From Cenarchaeum sp. (GTDB lineage Archaea; Thermoproteota; Nitrososphaeria; Nitrososphaerales; Nitrosopumilaceae): a stretch of 64,000 nt of DNA. A program made the translations under genes and the position numbers. Shown piece by piece: positions 1 through 10,369 of the stretch (positions are counted from its first letter, which is position 1; each line of letters begins with the position of its first letter). The notes beneath the pieces were generated by a model that was not told the DNA's origin, made no database searches, and was given only the letters and a program-made list of their open reading frames with translations. Location: positions 256,001 through 320,000 of the forward strand of contig CBDESU010000002.1 of assembly GCA_965242695.1 (NCBI GenBank). The letters run 5' to 3'.

Positions 1-1743
1 CTTTGTCTATGTCATATCCCTCAAAAAACCGCCGGCCGTCGCTTATCGCGTCTATGATCCGGCCTGCGCCTGCGGTGGGCCACGGCAACGTGATGTTCCT
101 GTCGAGCATGGTTCCGCTAAAATTGCCGGCCACAGGCTCGTCGTGGGCATACAGCGCGCCGGACGTGCCCGCGACGCGCAGCCTACTCCCTTCCGACAGG
201 ACGCGCAATACTAGATCGACGGTCGTGCCGTCGCTGGGATCGTCGTTTACGATATTTATGATGTGTACGCCCCGCTCTGGGCCGTGACCGTGCAGGCCTC
301 CGTTGATGCAGACGTGCGCAGCAGGCTTGTCCGCATGGTGGAGGCATCATGATCATATGCGCACACCCTTATTCCGTGTACGGGCATGGGCGCAGTGGTG
401 GAGTATCCCGGCCCGTGCACTCTTCCGGACACGGTGAACAGGCCTGCCCGCTGCTGCTGCTGGCCGGCCGCCCCCGCCTGCGTGCGCGCCGCCGCGGTCG
501 CGTTGAGGATCAGCGCGACATCCTCGTCGTCCGTGTACCACATGTACTCCCTGAAAAAGTCGCGCACCTCGGCTGCGGTATAGTTCCTGCGGGTCAGCAT
601 GTCGTGGACTATCTCGTCCGTGTCGCCCTCGCCCCACCTGTACGCCGCCGCAAGCAGGTCGTCTCCCATGCGGACCGCGTCGGCCTGCTCCTCGGTGTAG
701 CCCATTATGTGCACAAAGAACTCGCGTATGTCGCTGCGCAGGTAGCCCCAGTAGAACAGCTCGTCGACTATTTGGTCCTCGGTGTAGTTTAGCTCGATGT
801 ACCCATTTGCAAACGACGAGAGCATTGTGTTGTACTCCCCGAGTAGCGTGGTCTTGTTGAGGGCATGGGTCGGCACCGACAGCCCGACGTCGTACTCGGT
901 AAACTGCGGCGGCTGCACCTCCTGCCCCCGTGCCATCATGTGGTCCAGGTACGTCTGCCCTGTCGCAGCGTACTCGTCTAGGGGCATGGACTTGTTTTTC
1001 GACACCGCCATGTGTATGTCTAGAAAATCATAATCAAGTCCTAGTCCGACTACTCTTGCGACGCCCTCCTTCAATATCTTGAACTTTGCCTTTACGGTAT
1101 AGGTCTCGCCCGGCTGCGCGACCGTGGTCACGTTGTCGGGATCGTAGGGCCTGAAAACGCCGGGATCGCCCGTCCCTATGTTCGAGACCACATCAAAGAC
1201 GCTGTCCGGCTGGGTGCGGCCGGACATGGTGACTCCCACCACAAGGCTTGCTAGCGGGTGAACTGCGCCAGGGCCAAATACACTCGAGTCGGAGTAGGCC
1301 ACAGTGAACGTCATCTCTGCCACTTCGCCGACCACGGGATACTTGGAGACTGCTAGGGTATTGTGGTGCAGATTCGGCAGGCGCGGGGCGGAGGTGCTAC
1401 TCTGCCCCGCCAGGCTCGGTTCTCGGGCATCTGATGCGTCGGAAGCGCGATCCCGGCCGTCCGGGTGCGTCTCCGAGCCTTGCTCCACATCTTTTGTGGG
1501 CCCCTCTAGCCAACCGCGGTCCACAAGCGTGTCGAGCGACCCCGTAAACACGCATGCCAGTGCCCCTCCAGGCGAGAGCAGCGGTATCCGGCCCTCATTG
1601 CACAGTACGTCGACTGCATCCACCCCCGCTTCCAACTGCTTGAGGGGCGTGGGCACGCCGGAATCGGCCGCCGCTGGAGCCAGCACTGCAAGTGCAGCTG
1701 CCACCACCGCCGTCATCAAGCATGCAACCGTCACGCTACCCAC
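1..1743 (-). pseudogene. Secreted protein, distant relative of the HExxH surface-protein family; 1-bp frameshift near 262; runs off the window edge
   Basis: Probable GTG start at 1743 after TTTTATG (1765-1771), followed by a signal peptide (VACLMTAVVAAALAVLAPAAA). The ORF stops at 256, but a shifted frame continues to base 1 (IINIVNDDPSDGTTVDLVLRV...RIIDAISDGRRFF) and aligns with the pre-HExxH region of the paralogs. Confidence 0.65.
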
Positions 1744-1782
1744 GTTCAGGCCGCCGAATCGTTGCATAAAAGGATTTGACGG

Positions 1783-2036
1783 TGCCGCGGCAAGACGCAA
1801 CCGTCCAGCAAGAGAACGAAGAGCTGCCCGCACGCAACGCTCGGACGCGGCTGATGCTGACCCTCTCACGCCGTCGCGTTGTACAAGCGGATGGAATGAC
1901 GGGCCTTCGGCGGCCGCGCGTGCGGAGAGGATGGTGGACGCCTAGCTACGGCGCCACGCCGGCACACTCTTGCCCGCATCTCCAAGCCGCGGAGCACGCA
2001 CCCGCCTCCAACCGCGCGCGCCGTATTCCCACAGGC
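1783..2036. repeat. Dispersed non-coding element, copy A (homologous to 26954-27230)
   Basis: Shared blocks with 26954-27208: tgccgcggcaag, gaagagctgcc, acgctcggacgcggctgatgc, tctccaagccg, gcgcgccgtatt, ccacaggc. Confidence 0.8.
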
Positions 2037-2409
2037 GGGCGTAACGTCCATGCCGGGGCACTGCTACGGAGCATGTCTCGCGCACGCCAGGCCACGAAGC
2101 GCAAAGCACACCATGAGCTTGCTCCGCGATGCGAAGCCGCGCCGCTAGCGAGCGCAGGTGTAACCTGTGCTACAGCCGCCGTATCCGGCCGGCCCCGCAC
2201 CGCCAGCGCATTCCCTGCATGTTCACGGCGCTGAGGATGGGGAGCATGCGGGCCTCGGCCGGCGGGCGCGCCCAAGATCAAGTCAGTCAAGAAGCGGCTC
2301 CCACCCGGTGCCGCCTCTCCGACTTGCCCCATGCAGGGCACGGCGGGCTCCCGCGCCACCCCGGTGCGCGCCCCGTCCGGCCGCCGCATCCGGCGCCCGC
2401 GCCGCAACC

Positions 2410-5400
2410 TCAGCCGCCGGTGTCAACCCGCACCGAGCTCTGCGTCGAGGGATCTCCGCGCACCCCGACTCGCACCTCGTAGATCGAGTACGGATCCAGG
2501 CCGTCGATCCTGTAGCTCGTGCCGCCCACGGCATTCACCGCCCAGCCGCTTTCGTCCCCAGGGAATCCCGCGGCCGGCGCGGGGGCGACGGCAACGTCGT
2601 ACGCGCGGGCTCCGCCGTGCTCGCTCCACCCCAGCGACACCGACGTGCCGTCTATGATCTTTTCGGTGATCACCACCCTCGTGCCGTTCGAGGACGTCAT
2701 CGCAAACAGCTCGTCGACCGTCAGCGAGTTGCGCGCCGGCGCTGGGGCCGAATCGGACGAGCCCGAGGCCGCCCCCGACGGCGGCGACGCGGCCGGCCTT
2801 GCCACGGAGATATTGACGTTGTCCAGGTAGAACTGCTGCTCGGTATGCATCCTCCAGTCGTCGATCGTGTACACGAACACCTCGCACGGGCACGCCGACG
2901 CCGGGACGGCCTTGGCGTACACGGTAGCGTCCCTCCACCCGCTGTCGCCCTGGCCCGGCGTCCTCTCGTTGGTATACAGCCGCTCCCAGTGCAGGACGCG
3001 CCCCTCCGAGTCGCTTACGATCACGTGCAGGTTGTTTGTTCCCACGACGTTGCTGTACGTGTTAGCGCGCGTGCGGTACTCCAAGTCGATGCGCATGTCC
3101 CCGCCGCCGTGCTCGGCTGGAATGCCCACGTTCTTGGATGCCCCCGCGTCGCCGAACCAGCATGTGTTGACGTAGCCGAGATGCGCCGAGCCCCCGTGCT
3201 CGGTAGAGCGCGACAGGGCGTACTGGACGTTGTCGGCGGATCCCCAGCCGCAGTACATGGCCGTGGCGCGGGCATGGGTCACATGCTTGTACGACCACCC
3301 GTCTAGCGACGACGAGAACGTGCTAGCCGGAACAGCGTGGATCGATGCGTTGCGGACGGTCAGCGTAAACGTCCTGTTGGCCGCCGCGCCGTGCGAATCG
3401 GTGGCCGTGACCGTGACGGCGTACGATCCCGACTGCGACTCGCCGGGCACCCACTCGATCATCCCGTTCCCCGACGCGGCAAGGCCGGGCGCGGGCGGGA
3501 CGGCCGAGGCTGCCACCGACAGGCGGTCGCCGTTGGGGTCGGACGCCCGGGCGTCGTGCCGCAGCCTGCCGGTCTCCGTCACCACCATGTCGGGGATCGG
3601 CGGCATGCGCGGCGGCAGGTTCGGCCCAGCGGCCTCGATGCCGATCACCTGCAGGCCGTCGTCGTAGAACGACGTGACCAGGGCGTACAGCGCGGGCCCG
3701 ATCACCGCCGTCGCAACGCCGCTGGCCGTGTACATCTCGTCAAAGCCGGACGCGCCGTCCGACAGGGCCGCCGCCGGAGCCGGCGAGGCGGGGTTTGTAA
3801 TGTTGACGACCTGCACTCCGTGGTCCCACATCGAGGCCACCACGGCGTACGTGCTCGCGCCGATGCCGGCTACCGCCACGTCGCTCGCACCGCTGAGCCT
3901 CGCAAAGCCGGACGCGCCGTCGGTGGCAGACGAGACGGGGGTCGGCAGGGAGGGGTTCGTAATGTTGACGATCTGGATGCCGCTGTCCGACGACGAGGCG
4001 ACGACGGCGTACGTTGAGCCGCCGATCTCGGCGACCGCCACGCCCGAGGCGCCGGCCAGCTCGTCAAAGCCGGACGCGCCGTCGGTGGCAGACGAGACGG
4101 CGGCCGGGCGGGCGGGGTCTGTAATGTTGACGATTTGGATGCCGCTGTCCGACGACGATGCGACGACGGCGTACGTCGAGCCGCCGATCTCGGCTACCGC
4201 AACGCCCGAGGCGCCGGCCAGCTCGTCAAAGCCGGCCGCGCCGTCGGTGGCAGACGAGACAAGGGCCGGCCGGGCAGGGTCGGTGACGTTTGCGATGTAG
4301 ACGCCCCCCGCGCCCCCTGGCATTGCGGCTATCACGTACGCCGACCCGCCTGCCTCGAACGCGGCGATCCCGCCGGGCTGGCCCGGCCCGTACGTCGAGC
4401 CGCCCCCGCCTGCCGCCAGCGACGAGGCAGGGGAGGGGGAGGCTGGATCCGTAATGTTGACCACCTGGATGCCCCCGTCGCGGGGCGAGACGGCCGCAAC
4501 GTACGCGCCCTCTGCGGCGCCGCCGACGGGCGGCACGACAGCAACGTCCACGGCCCCGCCGAGCCTGTCAAAGCCGCCGCGCCCGTCGACTGCCAGCGAG
4601 ACGTGCTCCGCCCGGTGGGGGTCGGTGACGTTGACGATCTGGACGCCGTCAAGATACCACCACTCGGGGCGCGAAAAAGCCACCACGGCGTACGTCGAGC
4701 CGTCCACCTCGGCCGTGTCGATCCCGCGCGGGTTGGGCGTCATGCCGCCCTGCACGCGGGACGAAAGCGACGATGCCGGCACGGGGCTCGACGGGCCGTA
4801 CAGTATCGGCGGAAATGCGACTGCAATGTCAAACGATGCATCCCGCCTGTTGCCGCCCCCGTCGACCGCCTTGCACGACACGGCGGTCGTTCCCCACCCG
4901 AGCTCGGCGCCCGGCGGGGGCGTGCACTCTACGGGAACGCCCCGCCCCAGGTCGGTCGCCGTCGGCAGGGCATAGTCCGCTACGGCCGGCGCGCCGCCGC
5001 GAAGCCGGTGCATCGCAATGTCGCCGGGAACCCCCTCGATCGCGGGCGGAACGGTGTCGGACACCGCAATTAGCTGCGAGGCACTGGCGGTGTTGCCCGA
5101 CGAGTCGGCTGCACTGTACACCACGACGGCCGTCCCAAGCGGATACAGGCCGCTTGACGACCTGTTGTGCGCAAGGGACGGGGACGGGTCGTAGTTGTCG
5201 GCGACCAAAACCGGCGGCAGTCCGACGGATGTCCCGGCGTAGTGCGCCGCCTCTGCGGACATGTCGGCGGTTCCGTTGGAGGCGATCACGGGCGGCATGA
5301 CGTCGTCGACCCTTATCCTGACCGGCACCGAGTCGGACAGGCCGTGCGCCGTCGCCGTCAGCACGGCCGTAAAGTTTCCGGCTCCGGCCAGTGCGGCCGT

Positions 5401-7575
5401 TGCCTTGACGACTCCCCTGCCGTCCCCAGCGTCGTCTAGCGCGACCCACACCGACTCGGCCCTGCCCGCATCCTCGGGCAGGAGACCGGCAGAGCCGTTC
5501 GGGGTGATCATGCTCCCCCGCACATCGTCCACGGGCGAGAACGCGAGCGAGAGCGAGGCGGCATCGCCGTCCGGGTCAGAGGCGCTGGCATTGACGGCCG
5601 CAGTGCGGCCCTCGCCGACGCGCATGCCCTGCACGGCCCCCATGACGGGGGAAGAGTCGGGGCGGAATACGACGTCGACGACTGCGGCCGAATGGTTCTG
5701 CGACGGAGAGGTGGCGACGAGCCTCAGGTAGGCGTGGCCGCCTCCCTCCACCCGCACGGCATCGACAGCGGCCTCGCGCCACCCCGCAACAGAGCCGTTG
5801 TACGAGGCGGCGCTGGCCCAGGACGAGCCGTCCGCCGAGTGCTGCACGTGCAGGACGGACAGCGGGCCGCCGGCAAGCGAAAAGTTGAACGCCGTGCGGA
5901 CGTACCCGGACGCGTTCACCGCCGCAACGGCAGTGGCCTCGCAGCCCCTGCCGGTACCGCACCCTGACGAGACGAGCGCCGCCGAGCCGCCGGGGCCCGA
6001 TGCCGGGGCCACCCTCCAGTTTCCTCCGCCGGACATTATCCAAGAGCCGCTCCCGTTTTCAAGCCCGTCGGCGAACCCGGCGGCGCTGCCGTTTGTCGAC
6101 AGCAGCAGCGCCTGCACCGTATCCAGGCCGTTGAGGACCATGATGCTCTCCAGCGGCGGACGACCGCCGCCCCTCCAGTCCGCGGCAAAGTCGCCGAACG
6201 AGGCGGCCGTATACGCCTCGCCCGGCCCCCTTGCGCCGTACAGCGCGCTCCATATTCCCGCCGTCGCGTTGCCTACCGTGTCGCCGGCCTCGCCGCCGGC
6301 CCCGTCGTGGATATCCCACAGGGCAGATGCGACCTGGCCGGCCGAGCCGCCGGCAAAGCTTGACCCGGACGACGTGCCGCGCAGCCGCCACTTTGCGGGC
6401 TCGAGATCAAGGGGGTACCGGTGGTCGTGGTACCTGGCCAGCGACTCGCCCAGCGCGAGCGACGGGAAAAAGTACGCCCAGCCGTCCGCCCAGGCGCATG
6501 CGTCCGACGCGGCCCGCGCGATGCCCGCAGTGCACTGGCCGCCGCCCGGGTAGGCCGAGCCGGCCGCCGCGTACGCCGTGCGCATCACATGGTGGCCGTA
6601 CTCGTGCAGTATGGACGCCGGGTACGCCTCGGCCCCATGGCTCGCGCCGCGCTTTACGCCCGACGCGACGGTCATGCTCATGCCGGACGGGTCGTACGAG
6701 CTCGGCACGGCAGATCCGGCGTCGTTGAGCCACCGCACGTCGACGTGCGGCGCGTCGCGGCCGGTCGCGTTGCGGACAGTCTCCCGGCCGAGGGACACCG
6801 CGTCGAGTATCCAGAGGGCCTTGCGGACGTCCTCCGCCGCGCCCACGTCCGCGTTGCCGAGCCTTGTAATGTAGCCGCCCAGGTCGTCGGTGGCATTGAC
6901 GCGCACGGCGTACGTTTGGCCCGCCCCGTCGACGATCGTCGCGTGCGGGCCGGCCGCCGAGGCGTTCAGCCACAGGCGGACGGGGTCGCCGTCGTCGTTG
7001 TCGATGAATATGTGGCCGCCAAAGTACCCGTCGCCTCCCGTAACCTGGCAGGCCGGCTCGTCGGTGACCACGTGCCGGAGCGTCTTGAACGCGCCCGCCG
7101 GCGTGCGGTCGGCCAGGCAGACGGTGGCGCCCGCCTGGGCGCGGATCGATCCGTCCGGCTGGGCGCTGCGCAGCCAGCCGTACGCGAACGTCTCGCCGTA
7201 AAAGATGTCGGCCGGATCGGGAAGGCTTCCCGAAGAGCTGCCCGAGACGGCAGGCTCGGCGCCGCCGTCCGGCGGCTGCGCCGATCCCCCGCGCGCCGCC
7301 AGCGAGGGATGCTCGGCGAGCAGCCGGTCGCGGTACTCTTGCGGGAGGAACGCGGCGTTCTCGGCCAGCCACTGCGATGCATCCGCCGAGGGCGGAATGG
7401 CCCTCTCGAGGTACGGCGCAAGCTGGTCGATCGGGGGAACGCGGGAGTCGGCCTGCGGCTCCCCGCCGCCCGCCCCTTCCCTCTCATGCGGCTCGGCAAG
7501 GGCCGATGGGGCGGCCAGGGCAAGGGCAAGCAGTACGACGGTGGCAGGGAGTGCATGCAGGGCGCCGGCGTGCAA
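2410..7575 (-). CDS. Large secreted zinc-metalloprotease-like surface protein, paralog 1 (HExxH, HYR-like, LVIVD repeats, cadherin/Ig-like, C-terminal FN3-like)
   Basis: 1721 aa; signal peptide; ILHEYGHHVM; HYR-like segments (DTVPPAI...PPPG...TTAVSCKAVD); repeated GIQIVNITDP LVIVD units; FN3-like end (GLDPYSIYEVRV). TTG start with TTAATAC box at 7598-7604. Confidence 0.85.
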   Translation of the reverse strand: MHAGALHALPATVVLLALALAAPSALAEPHEREGAGGGEPQADSRVPPIDQLAPYLERAIPPSADASQWLAENAAFLPQEYRDRLLAEHPSLAARGGSAQPPDGGAEPAVSGSSSGSLPDPADIFYGETFAYGWLRSAQPDGSIRAQAGATVCLADRTPAGAFKTLRHVVTDEPACQVTGGDGYFGGHIFIDNDDGDPVRLWLNASAAGPHATIVDGAGQTYAVRVNATDDLGGYITRLGNADVGAAEDVRKALWILDAVSLGRETVRNATGRDAPHVDVRWLNDAGSAVPSSYDPSGMSMTVASGVKRGASHGAEAYPASILHEYGHHVMRTAYAAAGSAYPGGGQCTAGIARAASDACAWADGWAYFFPSLALGESLARYHDHRYPLDLEPAKWRLRGTSSGSSFAGGSAGQVASALWDIHDGAGGEAGDTVGNATAGIWSALYGARGPGEAYTAASFGDFAADWRGGGRPPLESIMVLNGLDTVQALLLSTNGSAAGFADGLENGSGSWIMSGGGNWRVAPASGPGGSAALVSSGCGTGRGCEATAVAAVNASGYVRTAFNFSLAGGPLSVLHVQHSADGSSWASAASYNGSVAGWREAAVDAVRVEGGGHAYLRLVATSPSQNHSAAVVDVVFRPDSSPVMGAVQGMRVGEGRTAAVNASASDPDGDAASLSLAFSPVDDVRGSMITPNGSAGLLPEDAGRAESVWVALDDAGDGRGVVKATAALAGAGNFTAVLTATAHGLSDSVPVRIRVDDVMPPVIASNGTADMSAEAAHYAGTSVGLPPVLVADNYDPSPSLAHNRSSSGLYPLGTAVVVYSAADSSGNTASASQLIAVSDTVPPAIEGVPGDIAMHRLRGGAPAVADYALPTATDLGRGVPVECTPPPGAELGWGTTAVSCKAVDGGGNRRDASFDIAVAFPPILYGPSSPVPASSLSSRVQGGMTPNPRGIDTAEVDGSTYAVVAFSRPEWWYLDGVQIVNVTDPHRAEHVSLAVDGRGGFDRLGGAVDVAVVPPVGGAAEGAYVAAVSPRDGGIQVVNITDPASPSPASSLAAGGGGSTYGPGQPGGIAAFEAGGSAYVIAAMPGGAGGVYIANVTDPARPALVSSATDGAAGFDELAGASGVAVAEIGGSTYAVVASSSDSGIQIVNITDPARPAAVSSATDGASGFDELAGASGVAVAEIGGSTYAVVASSSDSGIQIVNITNPSLPTPVSSATDGASGFARLSGASDVAVAGIGASTYAVVASMWDHGVQVVNITNPASPAPAAALSDGASGFDEMYTASGVATAVIGPALYALVTSFYDDGLQVIGIEAAGPNLPPRMPPIPDMVVTETGRLRHDARASDPNGDRLSVAASAVPPAPGLAASGNGMIEWVPGESQSGSYAVTVTATDSHGAAANRTFTLTVRNASIHAVPASTFSSSLDGWSYKHVTHARATAMYCGWGSADNVQYALSRSTEHGGSAHLGYVNTCWFGDAGASKNVGIPAEHGGGDMRIDLEYRTRANTYSNVVGTNNLHVIVSDSEGRVLHWERLYTNERTPGQGDSGWRDATVYAKAVPASACPCEVFVYTIDDWRMHTEQQFYLDNVNISVARPAASPPSGAASGSSDSAPAPARNSLTVDELFAMTSSNGTRVVITEKIIDGTSVSLGWSEHGGARAYDVAVAPAPAAGFPGDESGWAVNAVGGTSYRIDGLDPYSIYEVRVGVRGDPSTQSSVRVDTGG

Positions 7576-7597
7576 CGGGCGAGCGGCCGTGCGTCCG

Positions 7598-7605
7598 GTA
7601 TTAAG
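7598..7605 (-). promoter_or_regulatory. Archaeal TATA box for paralog 1
   Basis: CTTAATAC on the minus strand, 23 nt from the TTG start. The same motif and spacing occur at 26521-26528 for paralog 2. Confidence 0.7.
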
Positions 7606-7677
7606 CGATGGGCCGAGGATGCGGGCCGTGATTGAAATCCCTGGGACCCTGGCGCCTCCGGCCCTCCAAGAGGCTGC

Positions 7678-7707
7678 CCACAGGCCGCCAGTCCACGGAT
7701 TCCAAGC
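7678..7707. repeat. 30-bp partial copy C of the dispersed non-coding element
   Basis: ccacaggccgccagtccacggattccaagc matches 27201-27230 at 29/30. Confidence 0.8.
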
Positions 7708-7781
7708 GTGCGTATTTAGGTCGGCCGTTCGTCAGGCGTGGCCGCCGGCACATGCCGCCCTGCTGCTCGACGCCTGCGGGC

Positions 7782-8021
7782 CTATCGCCGCCTTGTGCCG
7801 CTCCGGGTGCCGCTACCGCGGCCGCGGCCGCGGCGGGCCGGTGATGCATCTTCGGGCCCCTTGACGACGACGATCTCGTCCCCGCGCAGCCTGAAGGTGA
7901 TGCTCGCCGGCCTGCCGAGCTTGTCCATGACAGGCATCGGCACGGTGCTCTGGTACCCCCTGTTCCCGCAGATGTTCACGCTGACGGTGTACTCGGTGCG
8001 GTCGACGCTCCACGTAGGCAC
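7782..8021 (-). CDS. Small AbrB/MazE-like DNA-binding protein
   Basis: MPTWSVDRTEYTVSVNICGNRGYQSTVPMPVMDKLGRPASITFRLRGDEIVV shows the swapped-hairpin pattern (xxP..v...LG....I.F...g.EI.v). GTG start at 8021, TTAAAT box at 8044-8049. Confidence 0.6.
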   Translation of the reverse strand: MPTWSVDRTEYTVSVNICGNRGYQSTVPMPVMDKLGRPASITFRLRGDEIVVVKGPEDASPARRGRGRGSGTRSGTRRR

Positions 8022-8092
8022 GGCCAGGGGTGGCGAAATCCCCATTTAACGGCGCGAAGCCTACCTATACGTAGGCTCGGGCGCCGGCGGCA

Positions 8093-10199
8093 ATGCAGAG
8101 GTACGAGACGCAGGACGGCGCGATGAGAAGGGCGCTGGCCGAGGCGCACGCCAGGATCGACTGGCTCGAGGCTGACGGTGCGCGCAAGGACGAAAAGATG
8201 GCCGACATGAGGAAAGAGATGACGGTCATGGGCGTGGAGTCAAGGCGCAAGGACGCCGAGATCGAGCTGTACAAGAAGATGCTCGAGGATGCGGGAATCA
8301 AGATCAAAAAGCTCGAGTCGAGCGAAAAGTACCACGACGGCCCCAACGTTCCCACGTCGACCGGGTCCCTGACGATGCGGCAGATGCAGAGGCAGGCCGT
8401 CGAGACGCGCCGCGCCGCGTCGACCGGCCGGGGCCCGGGCCGCGAGGCCGGCCACGAGGCCGGCCACGAGGGGACCACGGCCAAGATCGCCCCCGGGGCC
8501 CCGTCGAGGAGCGCTTCTGCAGGGCGACCCGGTGCCCGGACTGCGGCGGGACGGACCTGAAGGCCGAGACCGTCACAAAGCAGCTCGTCGACGTGGAGAT
8601 CAAAAAGATCGAAAAGTGGCTCGTCTTCCGCGACCTTGCATGCAGAGGGTGCGCACCCGGATAAGGGCGCCGCGGGACGGCGCCGTGGACGACACGGTGA
8701 TGGGATCCAACCTGCTCGCGATCGCCGGCGCCGTGCACGCCCACTGCCACGGCACGGCCGGCACGATCAGCGCGTTCCTGGACGACGGCCTAAACGTCAG
8801 TATCAAGCCGCCGGCGGTGGGCGCCGCAATCAACGCCGTCGGGCGAGGCCTGGCCGGGCGCGCGCAGCAGATACGCGACAAGGAGGAGATGCAGGCAAAC
8901 CCCGCCGAGGCAGACGAGACGGGCATGGTGACGTTCGTCGAAAAGGAGCCCGAGGACGACGGCAGCGCCCCGGGGACGGGCAGGAACCGGCGCCGGCGCG
9001 AGGCCAAGCGCGGGTACCTCTGGGTCGTACTGTCTAGGACGGCGGCCCGGGTCCACGCGGACCCGAGCAGGGCCGGCGCCGTCCTAGAGTGCAACTTTCC
9101 CGACCGCTGCTACGCCCCCACAGTCCACGACAAGCTCCAGCAGTACTACCACGTGTGCAGGTGCAGCCAGATGGACTACGTCCACCCCGCCCGGCACGCA
9201 AGGCATGCGATCATCAGGGCCGCGGCCGACCCCCAGAAAAGGGCAGTGGCCGAGGCCCTGCATGCGCGGTTCGTCTACGTGTTCAGGCGGGCAAGAAAAA
9301 TGGTCGAGGGCCACGGCGGGGCGTTCCAGGATCCCGACATCAGGAAGAAGGCGCAGTGGCTCGAGGACGAGGTCGCCGCCATAGCCGAGGACTACAGGGA
9401 GGCCGGCATCCAAGAGATGTACACCTACCTGCACGGGGCGGCAGGCCACATCGCCACGTTCATGCTGTATCCGGGCCTGTCGCCCGACACGACTGGCGTC
9501 GAGCGGTTCATGAAGTGGCTCATCGGCTGGCGCAAGAGCGGCGGCAGGACCGTCACGGCGACGGGCAGGAAAATATTCTCAGACATCGCCACGGTCGCCG
9601 GCTCGTACATGGTGCAGGAGCGCAGCTACGCCGACGCGATCAGGGAGGAGCTCGGATCCCCTCCTCCCCCAGAGTACGCCCAGATACGCGCCGAGGGATC
9701 CAGGTGGCACCTGTGTGCGCCCAGCCGCCGGCGCGGCCGCGGCCGGCGCGGCCCCCTGCCGGCTCCGGTCGCGCCGCGTGCCGGGGCCGACCCGCTCATC
9801 GCCGTGCCGGCGCGCGGGCCGGCGTCGAACGCGTGCGGCGCAGGGGCAAGGCCGGCGGGGCCGGAAAGGCAGGCAAAGCCGGGAACGCCGGCAAAGCCGG
9901 CGGGGCCGGAAAGGCAGGCAAGGCCGGCGGGGCCGGAAAGGCAGGCAAAGCCGGCAAAGCAGAGAACTGAAAGAGGGCGTCCCGGCGGAGCGGCACCACG
10001 AAGCGCACCCAAACAAAGCCAGCGGTGCTTTGCCGTGGCGGATGTGCCAGGGAAGGCAGCCGCCGCCGAGAAGGCCGGTAGGAAGCGGCCCGCTGCGCGG
10101 GCCCGTCCAGCTACCGTTCACGCCGCCCCCGTTGCGGCGCCGAGCGGCCCGGGACCTCCGTCGAACCGGGGGCCGCAGAACCTGGTAGCTGCTGCCTGA
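8093..10199 (+). pseudogene. IS66-family (single-ORF type) transposase-derived gene with two frameshifts (~8495, ~8655) and a long low-complexity C-terminal tail
   Basis: Coiled-coil N-terminus then PG...GHEG. The Zn finger CPDCGG...CRGC is in a third frame. ADETG...YLWV, PSRAGAVL, HD, HPARH and GVERFMK match IS66 DDE motifs. Confidence 0.75.
9845..9960 (+). repeat. Imperfect tandem repeats encoding A(K/R)PAGPERQ
   Basis: The unit gccggcggggccggaaaggcaggcaa occurs three times, with shorter variants. Confidence 0.8.
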
Positions 10200-10369
10200 C
10201 CCGATCCAATGGCCTACCGGTCGTCAACGGGACAACGTAAACCCGTACTAGCCCACCTAGCATCCCTGCACTCATATGCCACACAGGAGCAGGTTGACGC
10301 CTATGTCGACCTAAATACGCACGTGGGCCGCGTGCGCGGACTTATAGCCTGGGCGCCCGGGCGGCCGGC

